From: an uncultured bacterium
GTDB lineage: Bacteria > Actinomycetota > Acidimicrobiia > Acidimicrobiales > VFJN01
Length of the DNA: 64,000 bases
Direction of reading: 5' to 3'
Assembly (NCBI GenBank): GCA_963756425.1
Contig: CAVWNW010000003.1
Location: 117,642-181,641 of the forward strand
Shown here: positions 34,328 to 43,058 of the stretch, in pieces
Position numbering within the stretch: the stretch's first letter is position 1
Layout: every line of letters starts with the position of its first letter
Notes under the pieces: generated by a model
The model's database searches: none
The model's input: only the letters and a program-made list of their open reading frames with translations
What the model was told of the DNA's origin: nothing
Made by a program: the position numbers and the translations under genes

Positions 34328-35950
34328 GTGCAGGGGGAACGACCGACCCAACGGTGGAACGCATCGGGCCGCCGCAGCCTTTGGGGCTGGGGGCTGGCCG
34401 CCGACGAGCCGACGGACGACCAGCGGCGCCGGCTGGCCGGGACGCTGGCCCGGCGCTACGGCGTCGAGGCACGCGTCGAGGCGGCGGTCTCGATCGACGA
34501 CGCCGAGCTGCGCGCACCGCGCGTCGCGGTTCCGGCCGCACTCAGCAGTGTGTGCTCCACCGACCGGTGGGAGCGGGCCCGCCACACCTACGGCATGGCC
34601 TACACCGATCGGCTGCGGGCCTTCCGGGGCCGGTTCGACACTCCACCCGACGTCGTGGCGTTTCCGGCGGACGAGGCAGAGCTCGAGGCGGTCCTCGACT
34701 GGTGCGACGCGTCGGGCCACGTGGTGGTGCCGTTCGGCGGCGGGTCGTCGGTGGTGTGGGGCGTGAACCCGCCCGCCGACGCCGCGAGCGTCGTGACGAT
34801 CGACCTGACGTCCATGGACCGGGTGCTCGAGGTCGACCCCACGTCCCGGGCCGCCCGGATCCAGGCCGGGGCCCTGGGCCCCGCCGTCGAGGATCAGCTG
34901 CGCCCACACGGCCTGACGCTGCGGCACTTCCCGCAGTCGTTCGAGTGGTCGACCGTGGGGGGCTGGATCGCGACCCGCTCGGGCGGCCACTACGCCACGA
35001 ACCACACGCACATCGATGACTTCGTCGAGTCCGTCCGCATGCTCACCCCGTCGGGCTGGTGGGAGTCGCGACGGCTCCCGGGGAGCGGCGCCGGTCCGAG
35101 CCCCGATCGCCTGGTGCTGGGCAGCGAGGGCACGTTGGGGATCGTGTCCGAGGCTTGGCTGAGGCTCCAGGCCCGGCCGACGTTCCGCGCCTCGGGCGGC
35201 GTGCGCTTCCCGGGCTGGGAAGCGGGCTGGCAGGCGGTACGGGCGATCGTCCAGGCGAAGCTGTGGCCGGCCAACCTCCGGATCCTCGATCCGCTCGAGG
35301 CCCAGCGGGGCGCCGGCCTCGACGGGAACACGGCGTTGGTGATCGTGGGCTTCGAGTCGGCCGACGTGTCCCAACGCGCCAACATCGAGGCCGCCGTCGC
35401 CCTCGCCCGCGACCACGGTGGCGAGATCGCCGACGACGAGATCAGGACGGCCGACGCCAGGACGCCCACCGGTCGCGGCGGCGCGGTCGGGGCCTGGCGT
35501 GACAGCTTCGTCGGCTTCGACCTCAACACCATGACGGGGCTCGGCCTGGTGACCGACACGTTCGAGACCGCGATCACGTGGGATCGCTGGCCCGACTTCG
35601 ATGCCGACGTGCGGTCGAAGGTGGGACGGGCGCTCGACGAGGTGTGCGGCGGCGGCCTGCTCAGCTGCCGGTTCACCCACGTCTACACCGACGGGCCGGC
35701 GCCCTACTACACGTTCGGGGGAATGGGCCGGCAGGGCGGCGAGGAGCAGCAGTGGGCGGAGCTCAAGGAGGCGGCCTCCGAGGCGGTCGTCGCCGCCGGG
35801 GGCACGATCACCCACCACCATGCGGTCGGGCGGATGCACCGCCCTGCCTACGATCGCCAACGGCCGCGCCTCTTCGCCGCCGCGCTCCGGGCGGCCAAGC
35901 TGGCCGTCGACCCGCATGGGCTGCTGAACCCGGGCGTCCTCGTCGACTAG
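34328..35950 (+). CDS. FAD-linked oxidase, alkyl-DHAP-synthase/GlcD-like (PCMH FAD-binding domain)
   Basis: N-terminal RWN..SLWGWG and FAD domain VVPFGGGSSVVWG. GTG 34328 is the first in-frame start, 66 bp from the divergent amine oxidase. Confidence 0.75.
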   Translation: MQGERPTQRWNASGRRSLWGWGLAADEPTDDQRRRLAGTLARRYGVEARVEAAVSIDDAELRAPRVAVPAALSSVCSTDRWERARHTYGMAYTDRLRAFRGRFDTPPDVVAFPADEAELEAVLDWCDASGHVVVPFGGGSSVVWGVNPPADAASVVTIDLTSMDRVLEVDPTSRAARIQAGALGPAVEDQLRPHGLTLRHFPQSFEWSTVGGWIATRSGGHYATNHTHIDDFVESVRMLTPSGWWESRRLPGSGAGPSPDRLVLGSEGTLGIVSEAWLRLQARPTFRASGGVRFPGWEAGWQAVRAIVQAKLWPANLRILDPLEAQRGAGLDGNTALVIVGFESADVSQRANIEAAVALARDHGGEIADDEIRTADARTPTGRGGAVGAWRDSFVGFDLNTMTGLGLVTDTFETAITWDRWPDFDADVRSKVGRALDEVCGGGLLSCRFTHVYTDGPAPYYTFGGMGRQGGEEQQWAELKEAASEAVVAAGGTITHHHAVGRMHRPAYDRQRPRLFAAALRAAKLAVDPHGLLNPGVLVD

Positions 35951-36004
35951 TGCAGTGGCGCGTAGGCGCCACCCCGGCGGCGAACCGGAACGACCGCCCG
36001 GAAC

Positions 36005-36823
36005 TCAGTCGTCGCCCCGCCTGGCCACGGCGAGGAGATGAGCGCTCAGCCCGAGCAGGGTGGGTTCGGCTTCGATCAGCCGGGTCGCCTCGAGGATGGT
36101 CTCGCGGTCGGCGTCCCGCCGCCAACGAGCCTCAAGGTGTGGCAGCCAGCCGGCTATCCCCTCGACGCCCACGAGTTCGACGACCTCCAGGCCGGTGCCG
36201 GTGATCTCCTGGCGGAGCTCGTCGGGGTGGTGGAAGAACGCGGTCGTGAACCAGTGGGGGTGGTTGTCGGGGTTGGCGTGGCGGCCGTCGGCGAGGTCGC
36301 GCCGGACGATTCGGCGGAACTCGGGCTCGAACAGGAACTCCCGCACGAGCCCATCGATCAGCGACGCGAACCGGCTGATGGCGGCGACCGCCACGGGCCC
36401 GCCCGGCTTGACGACCCGGCGGGCCTCCCGAAGCGCAGCCAGGCGATCGGCGCGCTCGACCAGGTGGTAGAGCGGGCCGAGCAGGAGCACGGCATCGAAG
36501 CTGGCGTCGGGCCCGGCCAGGTGTCGCGCGTCGCCGACCTCGGCCGTGAGTCCGAGCCCGGACAGGGCGGCAATCGCCCGTTCCACGTGCTGCGGGGTGA
36601 TGTCGACGAGGTGCACGTCGTACCCGTCCCGCAGCAGCCAGGCCGCATGCACGCCGGTTCCGCCACCGACGTCGAGGATGCGTCGGGGCGGCGGCGGGAG
36701 ATGGCGCCTCAGGACCTCGCGGGTGCGGACGAGCTCCAGTTCCGCCATCCCGCCGACGAGCCGGTCCTGCTCCCGGTTCGCCTCGTAGTGGGCGACGACG
36801 CTGCCGAGGTCGTTGGCCGTCAC
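36005..36823 (-). CDS. Class I SAM-dependent methyltransferase
   Basis: Motif I ILDVGGGTGVHA and a post-I acidic residue (HLVDI). Confidence 0.8.
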   Translation of the reverse strand: MTANDLGSVVAHYEANREQDRLVGGMAELELVRTREVLRRHLPPPPRRILDVGGGTGVHAAWLLRDGYDVHLVDITPQHVERAIAALSGLGLTAEVGDARHLAGPDASFDAVLLLGPLYHLVERADRLAALREARRVVKPGGPVAVAAISRFASLIDGLVREFLFEPEFRRIVRRDLADGRHANPDNHPHWFTTAFFHHPDELRQEITGTGLEVVELVGVEGIAGWLPHLEARWRRDADRETILEATRLIEAEPTLLGLSAHLLAVARRGDD

Positions 36824-36854
36824 GCTCCGACCATAGGGAGCGGGACGGGTGCGG

Positions 36855-37433
36855 TCAGGCGTCCTTTTCTTGGGGCGTGGGCTGGTAGACGAGGATGTAC
36901 GTCTCGCCGGCCGGCTTCGCGTCCACCAGCTTCAGGGCGGTGGCGGCCGGCGTCTCCCCGAACAGGTGCTTTCCGCCCCCGAGGACGGTGGGGAACACCA
37001 TGAACCGGTACTCGTCGACGAGGCCGTTCTCCGCCAGCGCCCGGACCAGCTGCACGCTGCCGTTGACCAGGATGTCACCGTCGATCTCCCGCTTCAGCTT
37101 GGCGACGGCGCCCGGGATGTCGTCCACGATGACGGTGGAGTTGCTCCACTCGGGGTCCTGCAGCGTCGTGGACACGACGTACTTGGGCATGCCGTTGAAC
37201 TTGTCCGCGAACTCGCCCGTCCGCGAGGGCCAAGCCTCGGCGAAGCCCTCGAACGTCACCCGCCCGAGCAGCAACGCGTCGGCGGCCATGACCTCGTCGA
37301 GCTTGAACTTGTTCCCCTCATCGCCGCGGTCGAACTGGAATGCCCAGCCACCGCGCTCCCAGCTCTCGGAACCGCCAGGATCCTCGACGATGCCGTCGAC
37401 CGAGATGAACTGCGAGACGACCACCTTGCCCAT
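36855..37433 (-). CDS. Dihydrofolate-reductase-family protein (RibD C-terminal domain type)
   Basis: VSQFISVDG, LLLGRVTFE and ILVNGS..LVRAL motifs. GGAAGGAAG RBS lies before ATG 37433. Confidence 0.8.
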   Translation of the reverse strand: MGKVVVSQFISVDGIVEDPGGSESWERGGWAFQFDRGDEGNKFKLDEVMAADALLLGRVTFEGFAEAWPSRTGEFADKFNGMPKYVVSTTLQDPEWSNSTVIVDDIPGAVAKLKREIDGDILVNGSVQLVRALAENGLVDEYRFMVFPTVLGGGKHLFGETPAATALKLVDAKPAGETYILVYQPTPQEKDA

Positions 37434-37491
37434 GACCACACTTCCTTCCGATTGGCGTGCGACCGAAATAGACGCCGCGGTGTCGTCAAAC

Positions 37492-38655
37492 TCATCGCGC
37501 CCCGGCGACCAGCGCTCCCAGGGCGCCGAGGTGGTCCTCACGCGTGCCGAACGCGAGCGCCGCCGCCCGCGCCCGGTCCGACCACAGGTGGAGATCGTCG
37601 TCGAGGGTGAACCCGATGCCACCGTGGAGCTGGTGGGCCGTCAGCGTCGTCTCGACGTAGGCGTCGCCGGCGGCCACCTTGGCGATCGCCACTGCGGCCT
37701 CCGGACTCCCGGTGTCCACGGGCGCGTCGCTCCCCAAGGAGCACCGCCACACCGCCTTCCAGGCCGCCAGGCCCGCCGCATCGATGCGGGTCGACAGGTC
37801 GGCGATGTGGTGCTGCACGGCCTGGAAGCTGCCGATCGGGCGGCCGAACTGAACCCGATCGGTGACGTACCGAACCGTCCGGTCCAGCACCGCCCGGGCA
37901 CCACCGACCATCTCCACGCATTGCAGGGCGGTGGCGACGCGGCGCACCTCCTCCGTGATCGGCCAGCCATCCGTGGGCGCACCCGCCAGCACACCGTCCA
38001 CCGGCACCCGCACCGCGGTGAACGAGACCTCGTGTTGGGCGTCGTGGGCGAACGTCGTGAGCCGGGACCGGCGCACGCCCGGTGCCCCGCTGGGCACGAC
38101 GACCAGCCGGACGGCGCCGGCGCCCGCCCCGTCGGGATCCCTGGCCACGACCACCAGGTCGTCGGCGACGCCGGCGTTGGGGACGAACAGCTTCGTTCCG
38201 TCGACCACCACGACCTCGCCCTCGACAGTCGCGGTCGTGGCCAGGGCATCGGGCGACGACGCCATCCCCTCCTCGTGGTACGCCAGCGAGACGATGCGGT
38301 CGCCGGCGAGGACCGCGGGGAGCAGAGCGGCGCGCGGCGCGTCGCCCCCGGCGCGATCGACCAGCAGCGCCGCCTCGACGGTCGAGTAGAGGGTGGTCGG
38401 CACCAGGGCGCGGCCCGCCTCCTCGTACACCACCGCCAGGTCGAGCAGGTTTCCGCCGCCGCCGCCCACTGCCTCAGGGAACGCCAGGCCGACCCATCCC
38501 AGCTCGGTCATCCCCCGCCACAGGTCGGCATCGTGACCGTCGCCACCGGGCGCGCCGACACGCCGGACCAGTTCGGGCGGGCAGGCACGCTGCAGGAAGG
38601 CGCGCGCCGACGCCCGCAGCGCCTCCTGCTCGGCGGACAGCGCCAGGTCCGTCAT
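37492..38655 (-). CDS. Acyl-CoA dehydrogenase-family protein (second subunit of a pair)
   Basis: ACAD fold motifs (RVQFGRPIGSFQAVQHHIAD, HQLHGGIGF). ATG 38655 sits in an ATGA overlap with the upstream ACAD. Confidence 0.8.
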   Translation of the reverse strand: MTDLALSAEQEALRASARAFLQRACPPELVRRVGAPGGDGHDADLWRGMTELGWVGLAFPEAVGGGGGNLLDLAVVYEEAGRALVPTTLYSTVEAALLVDRAGGDAPRAALLPAVLAGDRIVSLAYHEEGMASSPDALATTATVEGEVVVVDGTKLFVPNAGVADDLVVVARDPDGAGAGAVRLVVVPSGAPGVRRSRLTTFAHDAQHEVSFTAVRVPVDGVLAGAPTDGWPITEEVRRVATALQCVEMVGGARAVLDRTVRYVTDRVQFGRPIGSFQAVQHHIADLSTRIDAAGLAAWKAVWRCSLGSDAPVDTGSPEAAVAIAKVAAGDAYVETTLTAHQLHGGIGFTLDDDLHLWSDRARAAALAFGTREDHLGALGALVAGAR

Positions 38656-39821
38656 CGCGGCAGACCGTGGCCCCGCTGGGCGACGATGTCGCGTTGGATC
38701 TCGTTCGTCCCGCCACCGAAGCGCAGGTAGGGCGCCGCCCGGTACATGAGCTGGGCGAGGCCGGCGATCGGCGCCCGGGCGTCGTGGGGGTCGAGCTGTC
38801 CTGCCGGCCCGAGCAGGTCCAGTGCCACGGACGAGGCCCGCGCGTGCAACTCGGTGGTGAAGACCTTCGTCATCGATGCCTCCGCGCTGGCGGGCCGGTC
38901 GGCGTCGATCAGCCACGCAGCACGGTGGTTCAGCAGCCTCGCCAGCTCGACGTCGACGGCCAGCTCCGCCAAGCGGCGCTGCACCTCCGGGCGGGACGCG
39001 GGCGCCCCGCCGTCGACCGTGGCGTCACGGCACCACGCGGTGAGGTCGTCGAGCAGCCGCCGCAGGCCGCCCGTGATCCCGATCGCTACCCGTTCGAAGT
39101 CGAGCGCCTGGGTCACGTAGGCCCAGCCGCGGTCGCGCTCGCCGACCAGGTTCTCGCAGGGCACGCGCACGTCGTCGAACCAGACCTGGTTGGTGCGCAT
39201 CCCCCGCCAGGTGGTGATGCCCCGGACCTCGATCCCCGGCGCGTCGAGCGGCACGATGAGGACGGAGATCCCCCGATGCCGGGGCGCGTCGGGGTCGGTG
39301 CGGCACGCCAGCCACTCGTGGGTGCAGTACTCGGCGCCGGTGTTCCAGATCTTGGTGCCGTTGATCACCCACACATCGCCGTCCAGCGCCGCCGTCGTCC
39401 GGAGGGATGCCAGGTCGCTGCCGGCGTCGGGCTCCGAGTAGCCGATGGCGAACTCGACCTCACCCCTGCGGATGGCCGGCAGCCACCGGGCGTGCTGCTC
39501 GGGCGTGCCCGAGCGGATGATCGTCGGCGCCACCGAGGCCGCCGTCATGTCGATGGCGGGCGCCCCGGCGTACGCCAGCTCGTCCATCAGCAGCAGGTTG
39601 TCGACAAGGGACCGGCCGGGGCCGCCGTGCTCCTCGGGCCACATGAGGCACAGCCAGCCCCGGTCGAGCAGGCGGCGGCGGAACTCCCTGATGACGTCGC
39701 CGCTCCACTCGCCTCCCCCGCGACGCACCGCCTCGCGCTCGGCCGGGCCGAAGTCCTCGTCGAGGAAGGCCCGCACCTCCGCGACCCACGCCCGCTGCCG
39801 GTCTGTGAGGCCGAAGTCCAT
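38652..39821 (-). CDS. Acyl-CoA dehydrogenase
   Basis: GYSEPDAGSD, INGTKIW and the C-terminal FGGGTNEIQRDIVA motifs. Confidence 0.85.
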   Translation of the reverse strand: MDFGLTDRQRAWVAEVRAFLDEDFGPAEREAVRRGGGEWSGDVIREFRRRLLDRGWLCLMWPEEHGGPGRSLVDNLLLMDELAYAGAPAIDMTAASVAPTIIRSGTPEQHARWLPAIRRGEVEFAIGYSEPDAGSDLASLRTTAALDGDVWVINGTKIWNTGAEYCTHEWLACRTDPDAPRHRGISVLIVPLDAPGIEVRGITTWRGMRTNQVWFDDVRVPCENLVGERDRGWAYVTQALDFERVAIGITGGLRRLLDDLTAWCRDATVDGGAPASRPEVQRRLAELAVDVELARLLNHRAAWLIDADRPASAEASMTKVFTTELHARASSVALDLLGPAGQLDPHDARAPIAGLAQLMYRAAPYLRFGGGTNEIQRDIVAQRGHGLPR

Positions 39822-39828
39822 GGTCGGC

Positions 39829-40311
39829 TCAGCCGTGGTCGCGGTCGCCGGCCGGGGTGAACCGGAACAGCAGGTGGCTGTAGCGGGCGACCGGCGTGCC
39901 GTCGCCCAGGCGGTACGTGGCCGCGGTTGTGAGGAAGTGCCCCTCGCCCAGGCGGGTGCGCTTCAGCTCCGAGACGTCGACCAGCTCCTCCTCGACGTTG
40001 AGCCGGTCACCGACCCGGATCGGCCGGAAGAACTCCGCGTCGCAGCCGACGCTCACGACTGTCGTGCCGGGCAACGGCACCTGGCCGGCGAGGAGCGGGC
40101 GTGGCCGCGGGTTGCCGGGCCGCCAGTCGGGCGCCATCGCCCAGGTCATCAGCAGCGCCGGGGGCGAGACGACGGCGCCCCACTGGTCGCGGGCGAACTC
40201 CTCGTCCCAGTAGCTGGCGTTGCCGTCGTGGACCATGGCACAGAAGTACTTGATCAGCGGCCACGCCACGTCGTGGGTGGCGAACTCGACCTCGGTGCGG
40301 GTGCCGATCAT
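39829..40311 (-). CDS. Hotdog-fold protein, MaoC-dehydratase N-terminal type (HadA/HadC-like), copy B. True start probably lost to a frame shift upstream.
   Basis: Paralog of 40861..41397 (roughly half the residues identical by eye). A conserved N-terminal block (SGFDLPIGTYEEARAM) is encoded in frame upstream of ATG 40311 with no start codon. ATG 40400 lies in another frame. Confidence 0.7.
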   Translation of the reverse strand: MIGTRTEVEFATHDVAWPLIKYFCAMVHDGNASYWDEEFARDQWGAVVSPPALLMTWAMAPDWRPGNPRPRPLLAGQVPLPGTTVVSVGCDAEFFRPIRVGDRLNVEEELVDVSELKRTRLGEGHFLTTAATYRLGDGTPVARYSHLLFRFTPAGDRDHG

Positions 40312-40396
40312 CGCCCGGGCTTCCTCGTAGGTCCCGATGGGCAGGTCGAACCCCGATTCGCCCTCGACCGCCCGCCCGCGCCCGCGCGCGTCGCGG

Positions 40397-40864
40397 TCAT
40401 GAGCGCAGCTCCCGGACGGGCAGCTCCAGGGTGACGGTCGCGGGGCAACACAGCTCGCCGTCCTGGTTCTTGACCGTCAGCTCGAGGTCGACCAGGTGGC
40501 GGACCCGCGCGCCGGCCTCGTCGGTGTACCTGCGCACGACCCGCCCTTCGCCCACCATCGTGTCGCCGGCGTAGATCGACCGCTGCATCGAGATCTTCCG
40601 CCGGGCGATGAAGCTCTGCGGGCCGCCCCACTCGGTCGCCAACCGATCCACGAAGCCGAGGAAGTGCATCGTGTTGACGTAGATGGTCGGCTGGCCCTGC
40701 GACCGGGCGTACTCGGGATCGTGGTGGCCGGGGAAGTAGTCCCAGGTGGTGGCCGGGTTCATGATGACGCGGCGGTAGGTGATCTCGTCGTCCACACGCG
40801 GCAGGGCGGAGCCCTCCTCCACGTCGTCCCAGTAGCGCTGCTCGTACGAGACTCCCGGGATCAT
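40397..40864 (-). CDS. MaoC-like (R)-hydratase/dehydratase catalytic hotdog subunit (HadB-like)
   Basis: Hydratase-2-like motif WDYFPGHHDPEYA (Asp and His retained). ATGA overlaps at both ends. Confidence 0.8.
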   Translation of the reverse strand: MIPGVSYEQRYWDDVEEGSALPRVDDEITYRRVIMNPATTWDYFPGHHDPEYARSQGQPTIYVNTMHFLGFVDRLATEWGGPQSFIARRKISMQRSIYAGDTMVGEGRVVRRYTDEAGARVRHLVDLELTVKNQDGELCCPATVTLELPVRELRS

Positions 40865-41397
40865 GCGTCGTCCTCCGAAGAAGAGAAGCGGAACAGCACG
40901 TTGGTCGTCCGGGCGACGAGCTCACCGTCCTGGCGCCGGTACGTCGACACCGTGGTGACGAAGTGGCCGGTGCCCAGGCTCGTGCGCTTGGCCTCCGAGA
41001 CGTCGACCAGCTCCTCCACCACGTTCAGGTGGTCGCCGACCCGGATCGGGATGAAGTGCTCGGCGTCGTTGGAGACGTTGATGAAGGTGTCGCCGGGGAG
41101 CGGCACCCGGGCGGTGAGCAACGGAACCGGCCGTCCACCACCCGGCTTCCACTCGAGCGGGATGAGCCAGGTCATCAGCATGCCCGGCGGGGCCACCACG
41201 CCGCCCCACTGCCGCTCGGCGAAGTCGTCGTCCCAGTAGGCGGCGTTCGCGTCCCGGACCATGGCGGCGTAGTGCCGGACCATCGGCACGGTGACGGCGA
41301 TCTCGCCGAAGCGCACGGGCGTGGTCGTGCCCACCATCGCCTTCGCATCCTCGTAGGTCCCGACGGGGACGTCGTAGCCCGTGTCCTCGGTGCCCAT
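40861..41397 (-). CDS. Hotdog-fold protein, MaoC-dehydratase N-terminal type (HadA/HadC-like), copy A
   Basis: 178-aa ORF. Paralog of copy B. Its stop overlaps the start of the catalytic subunit. Confidence 0.8.
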   Translation of the reverse strand: MGTEDTGYDVPVGTYEDAKAMVGTTTPVRFGEIAVTVPMVRHYAAMVRDANAAYWDDDFAERQWGGVVAPPGMLMTWLIPLEWKPGGGRPVPLLTARVPLPGDTFINVSNDAEHFIPIRVGDHLNVVEELVDVSEAKRTSLGTGHFVTTVSTYRRQDGELVARTTNVLFRFSSSEDDA

Positions 41398-41403
41398 GCG
41401 CCC

Positions 41404-41895
41404 TCAGCGGTCGCGCACGCCGTCGCCGCGGACCAGCTTGCGGTGGTCCCACGACACGACCTTCTCGATCTCGATCCGCACCCCCAGGCGCTTCGCCATC
41501 CGGTCCCGCACCAGGGCGCGGCCGGCATCGTCGAGCGGGCCCTGGTAGCGCTCGGTCACGCTGTACGCCAGCTCGAGCTTGCGGTCCTCGTCGTCGACCG
41601 TCTCCGCCCGGCCGAGCAGCTGGACGCCGCGCAGCTCCTCGTAGACGTCACCGTCCTCGACCAGGCAGGTCACCTCGGGATCGCGGACCAGGTTCTTGTA
41701 CTTCTGGGAGCCGCGGTAGGTGAGGAAGCCCGGCGCGCCGGCGACGAACCCGTACCACATGGCGACCACGTGCGGCCGGCCGCTCGGCCCCGCCGTCGCC
41801 AGGGCCATGGTGTGGCGGCCCCGCAGGAACCGGTCGACCTCGTCAGGCCCCATGGCGATGGATGCCCGCTGCGTGCGGCGCGCCTCAGACGACAT
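41404..41895 (-). CDS. Pyridoxamine 5'-phosphate oxidase-family protein (probable F420-dependent class)
   Basis: The MALATAGPSGRPHVVAMWY split-barrel signature. Confidence 0.6.
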   Translation of the reverse strand: MSSEARRTQRASIAMGPDEVDRFLRGRHTMALATAGPSGRPHVVAMWYGFVAGAPGFLTYRGSQKYKNLVRDPEVTCLVEDGDVYEELRGVQLLGRAETVDDEDRKLELAYSVTERYQGPLDDAGRALVRDRMAKRLGVRIEIEKVVSWDHRKLVRGDGVRDR

Positions 41896-43009
41896 CGCCG
41901 TCGAGCCCGTACAGGCGTGCCGCGTTGGTCCCGAGGATGCGGACGAGCACGTCGTCGCCCAGCGCCGCGGCGTTGGCCCGCGCGGTCTCGACCGTGCCCG
42001 GGTAGTCGCAGTCCCAGTGGGGATAGTCCGACGAGAACACCAGGCTGTCGGCGCCGAGGTGCTCGACGTAGGGCTCGAGCAGCCGGTCCTCGCACTCGAA
42101 GGCGAAGAAGCACTGACCCCGCTCGATGTAGTCGCGGGGGTCGCTGGTCATCGCCGGGACCAGGTCGCCCCGCTTCTCGCGGTGCTCGTGCATCCGGTGC
42201 ACGAAGTAGGGAACCCAGCCGACGCCGGACTCCAGGAACGCCACCCGCAGCGCCGGGAAGCGGTCGAGCACGCCGCCCATCGCCAGCGCCGTGAACGCCA
42301 CCATCTGGTCGACGGGGAACGACAGGGTGTGCACCTGCGCGTAGTTGTCGAACCGCTCGGCCCCGGGCAGCGGCAGGTTCATCCCCGGCGCGCTGTGGAC
42401 TCCCACGGCGACGCCCAGGCCAGCGGCCGCCTCGAAGAAGGGCTGGAGCGCAGGGTCGTCGAGGTTCCGCGTGCCCACCACGGGTGGGATCATCACGGCC
42501 ACCATGCCGAGGTCGGCAGCCCTGCCCAGCTCGGCGACCGCGTTGTCCGGGTGCTGGAGGGGAACGATCGCGACCGCCCGCAGCCGGTCGGGATGGCGGG
42601 CACAGACCCCCGCCAACCAGTCGTTGTAGGCGCGGCAGAAGTCGAGGGCGAACGTCTGGTCCTCGAACGTCGTGGCCCCGATGCTCAGGCCGCCGTACAG
42701 GACCTGGACGTCGATGCCCTCCTTGTCGAGGTCGCGGATGCGGGCATCGAGATGGAGGGCCCCGTCGGCCGCCAGTGGATGCATCGCCGACTCGATCGGA
42801 ACGCCGCGGCCCGGTCCCTCCTGGGTCGGGAACAGCTTGCCCTCGATCAGGCTGACGGTCCTGCCCCCGGACTGTCCGGCCTGCTGCCAGCCCGGATGCC
42901 GCTCGGCCAGCGCCCGCCAGGGCGCCAGCTCGTCGTCCGGCGCGTCGAGGCGGACGACCGGCTCGTTGATGTGGGCGTCGGCGTCGATGACCAGCATCCG
43001 TGCGTCCAT
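41885..43009 (-). CDS. Amidohydrolase-2 (PF04909) metal-dependent hydrolase
   Basis: VIDADAHINEP at the N-terminus and FSSDYPHWD near the C-terminus. Paralogous in type to 20570..21670. Confidence 0.8.
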   Translation of the reverse strand: MDARMLVIDADAHINEPVVRLDAPDDELAPWRALAERHPGWQQAGQSGGRTVSLIEGKLFPTQEGPGRGVPIESAMHPLAADGALHLDARIRDLDKEGIDVQVLYGGLSIGATTFEDQTFALDFCRAYNDWLAGVCARHPDRLRAVAIVPLQHPDNAVAELGRAADLGMVAVMIPPVVGTRNLDDPALQPFFEAAAGLGVAVGVHSAPGMNLPLPGAERFDNYAQVHTLSFPVDQMVAFTALAMGGVLDRFPALRVAFLESGVGWVPYFVHRMHEHREKRGDLVPAMTSDPRDYIERGQCFFAFECEDRLLEPYVEHLGADSLVFSSDYPHWDCDYPGTVETARANAAALGDDVLVRILGTNAARLYGLDGDVV

Positions 43010-43045
43010 GTGGTCCCCTGGCCGGTAGTCGGGCTGTCCTTCTAA

Positions 43046-43058
43046 TCATATGACTGAT
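43046..43058 (+). repeat. 13-nt AT-rich direct repeat TCATATGACTGAT, left copy
   Basis: Identical to 45749-45761. With the preceding CTAN it is 16/17 identical. It overlaps the ATG of ORF 43050. Confidence 0.9.

Noticed and set aside
32324-35917. 1197-aa ORF as a single giant amine oxidase
   Set aside because: Only the C-terminal ~645 aa is copper amine oxidase. The N-terminal ~550 aa is the antisense of the FAD oxidase gene and is compositionally artefactual. Internal ATGs at 34261, 34252 and 34222 give a normal-length enzyme.
14566-43009. Calling the region a steroid (cholesterol/bile acid) catabolic cluster
   Set aside because: KshA-like, ChsE/ChsH-like and FadD-like genes are suggestive. 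However, no KstD, KshB, HsaA-D, thiolase or KstR-type operator (TnnAACnnGTTnnA) was seen, so only a generic bulky acyl-CoA catabolism statement is supported.
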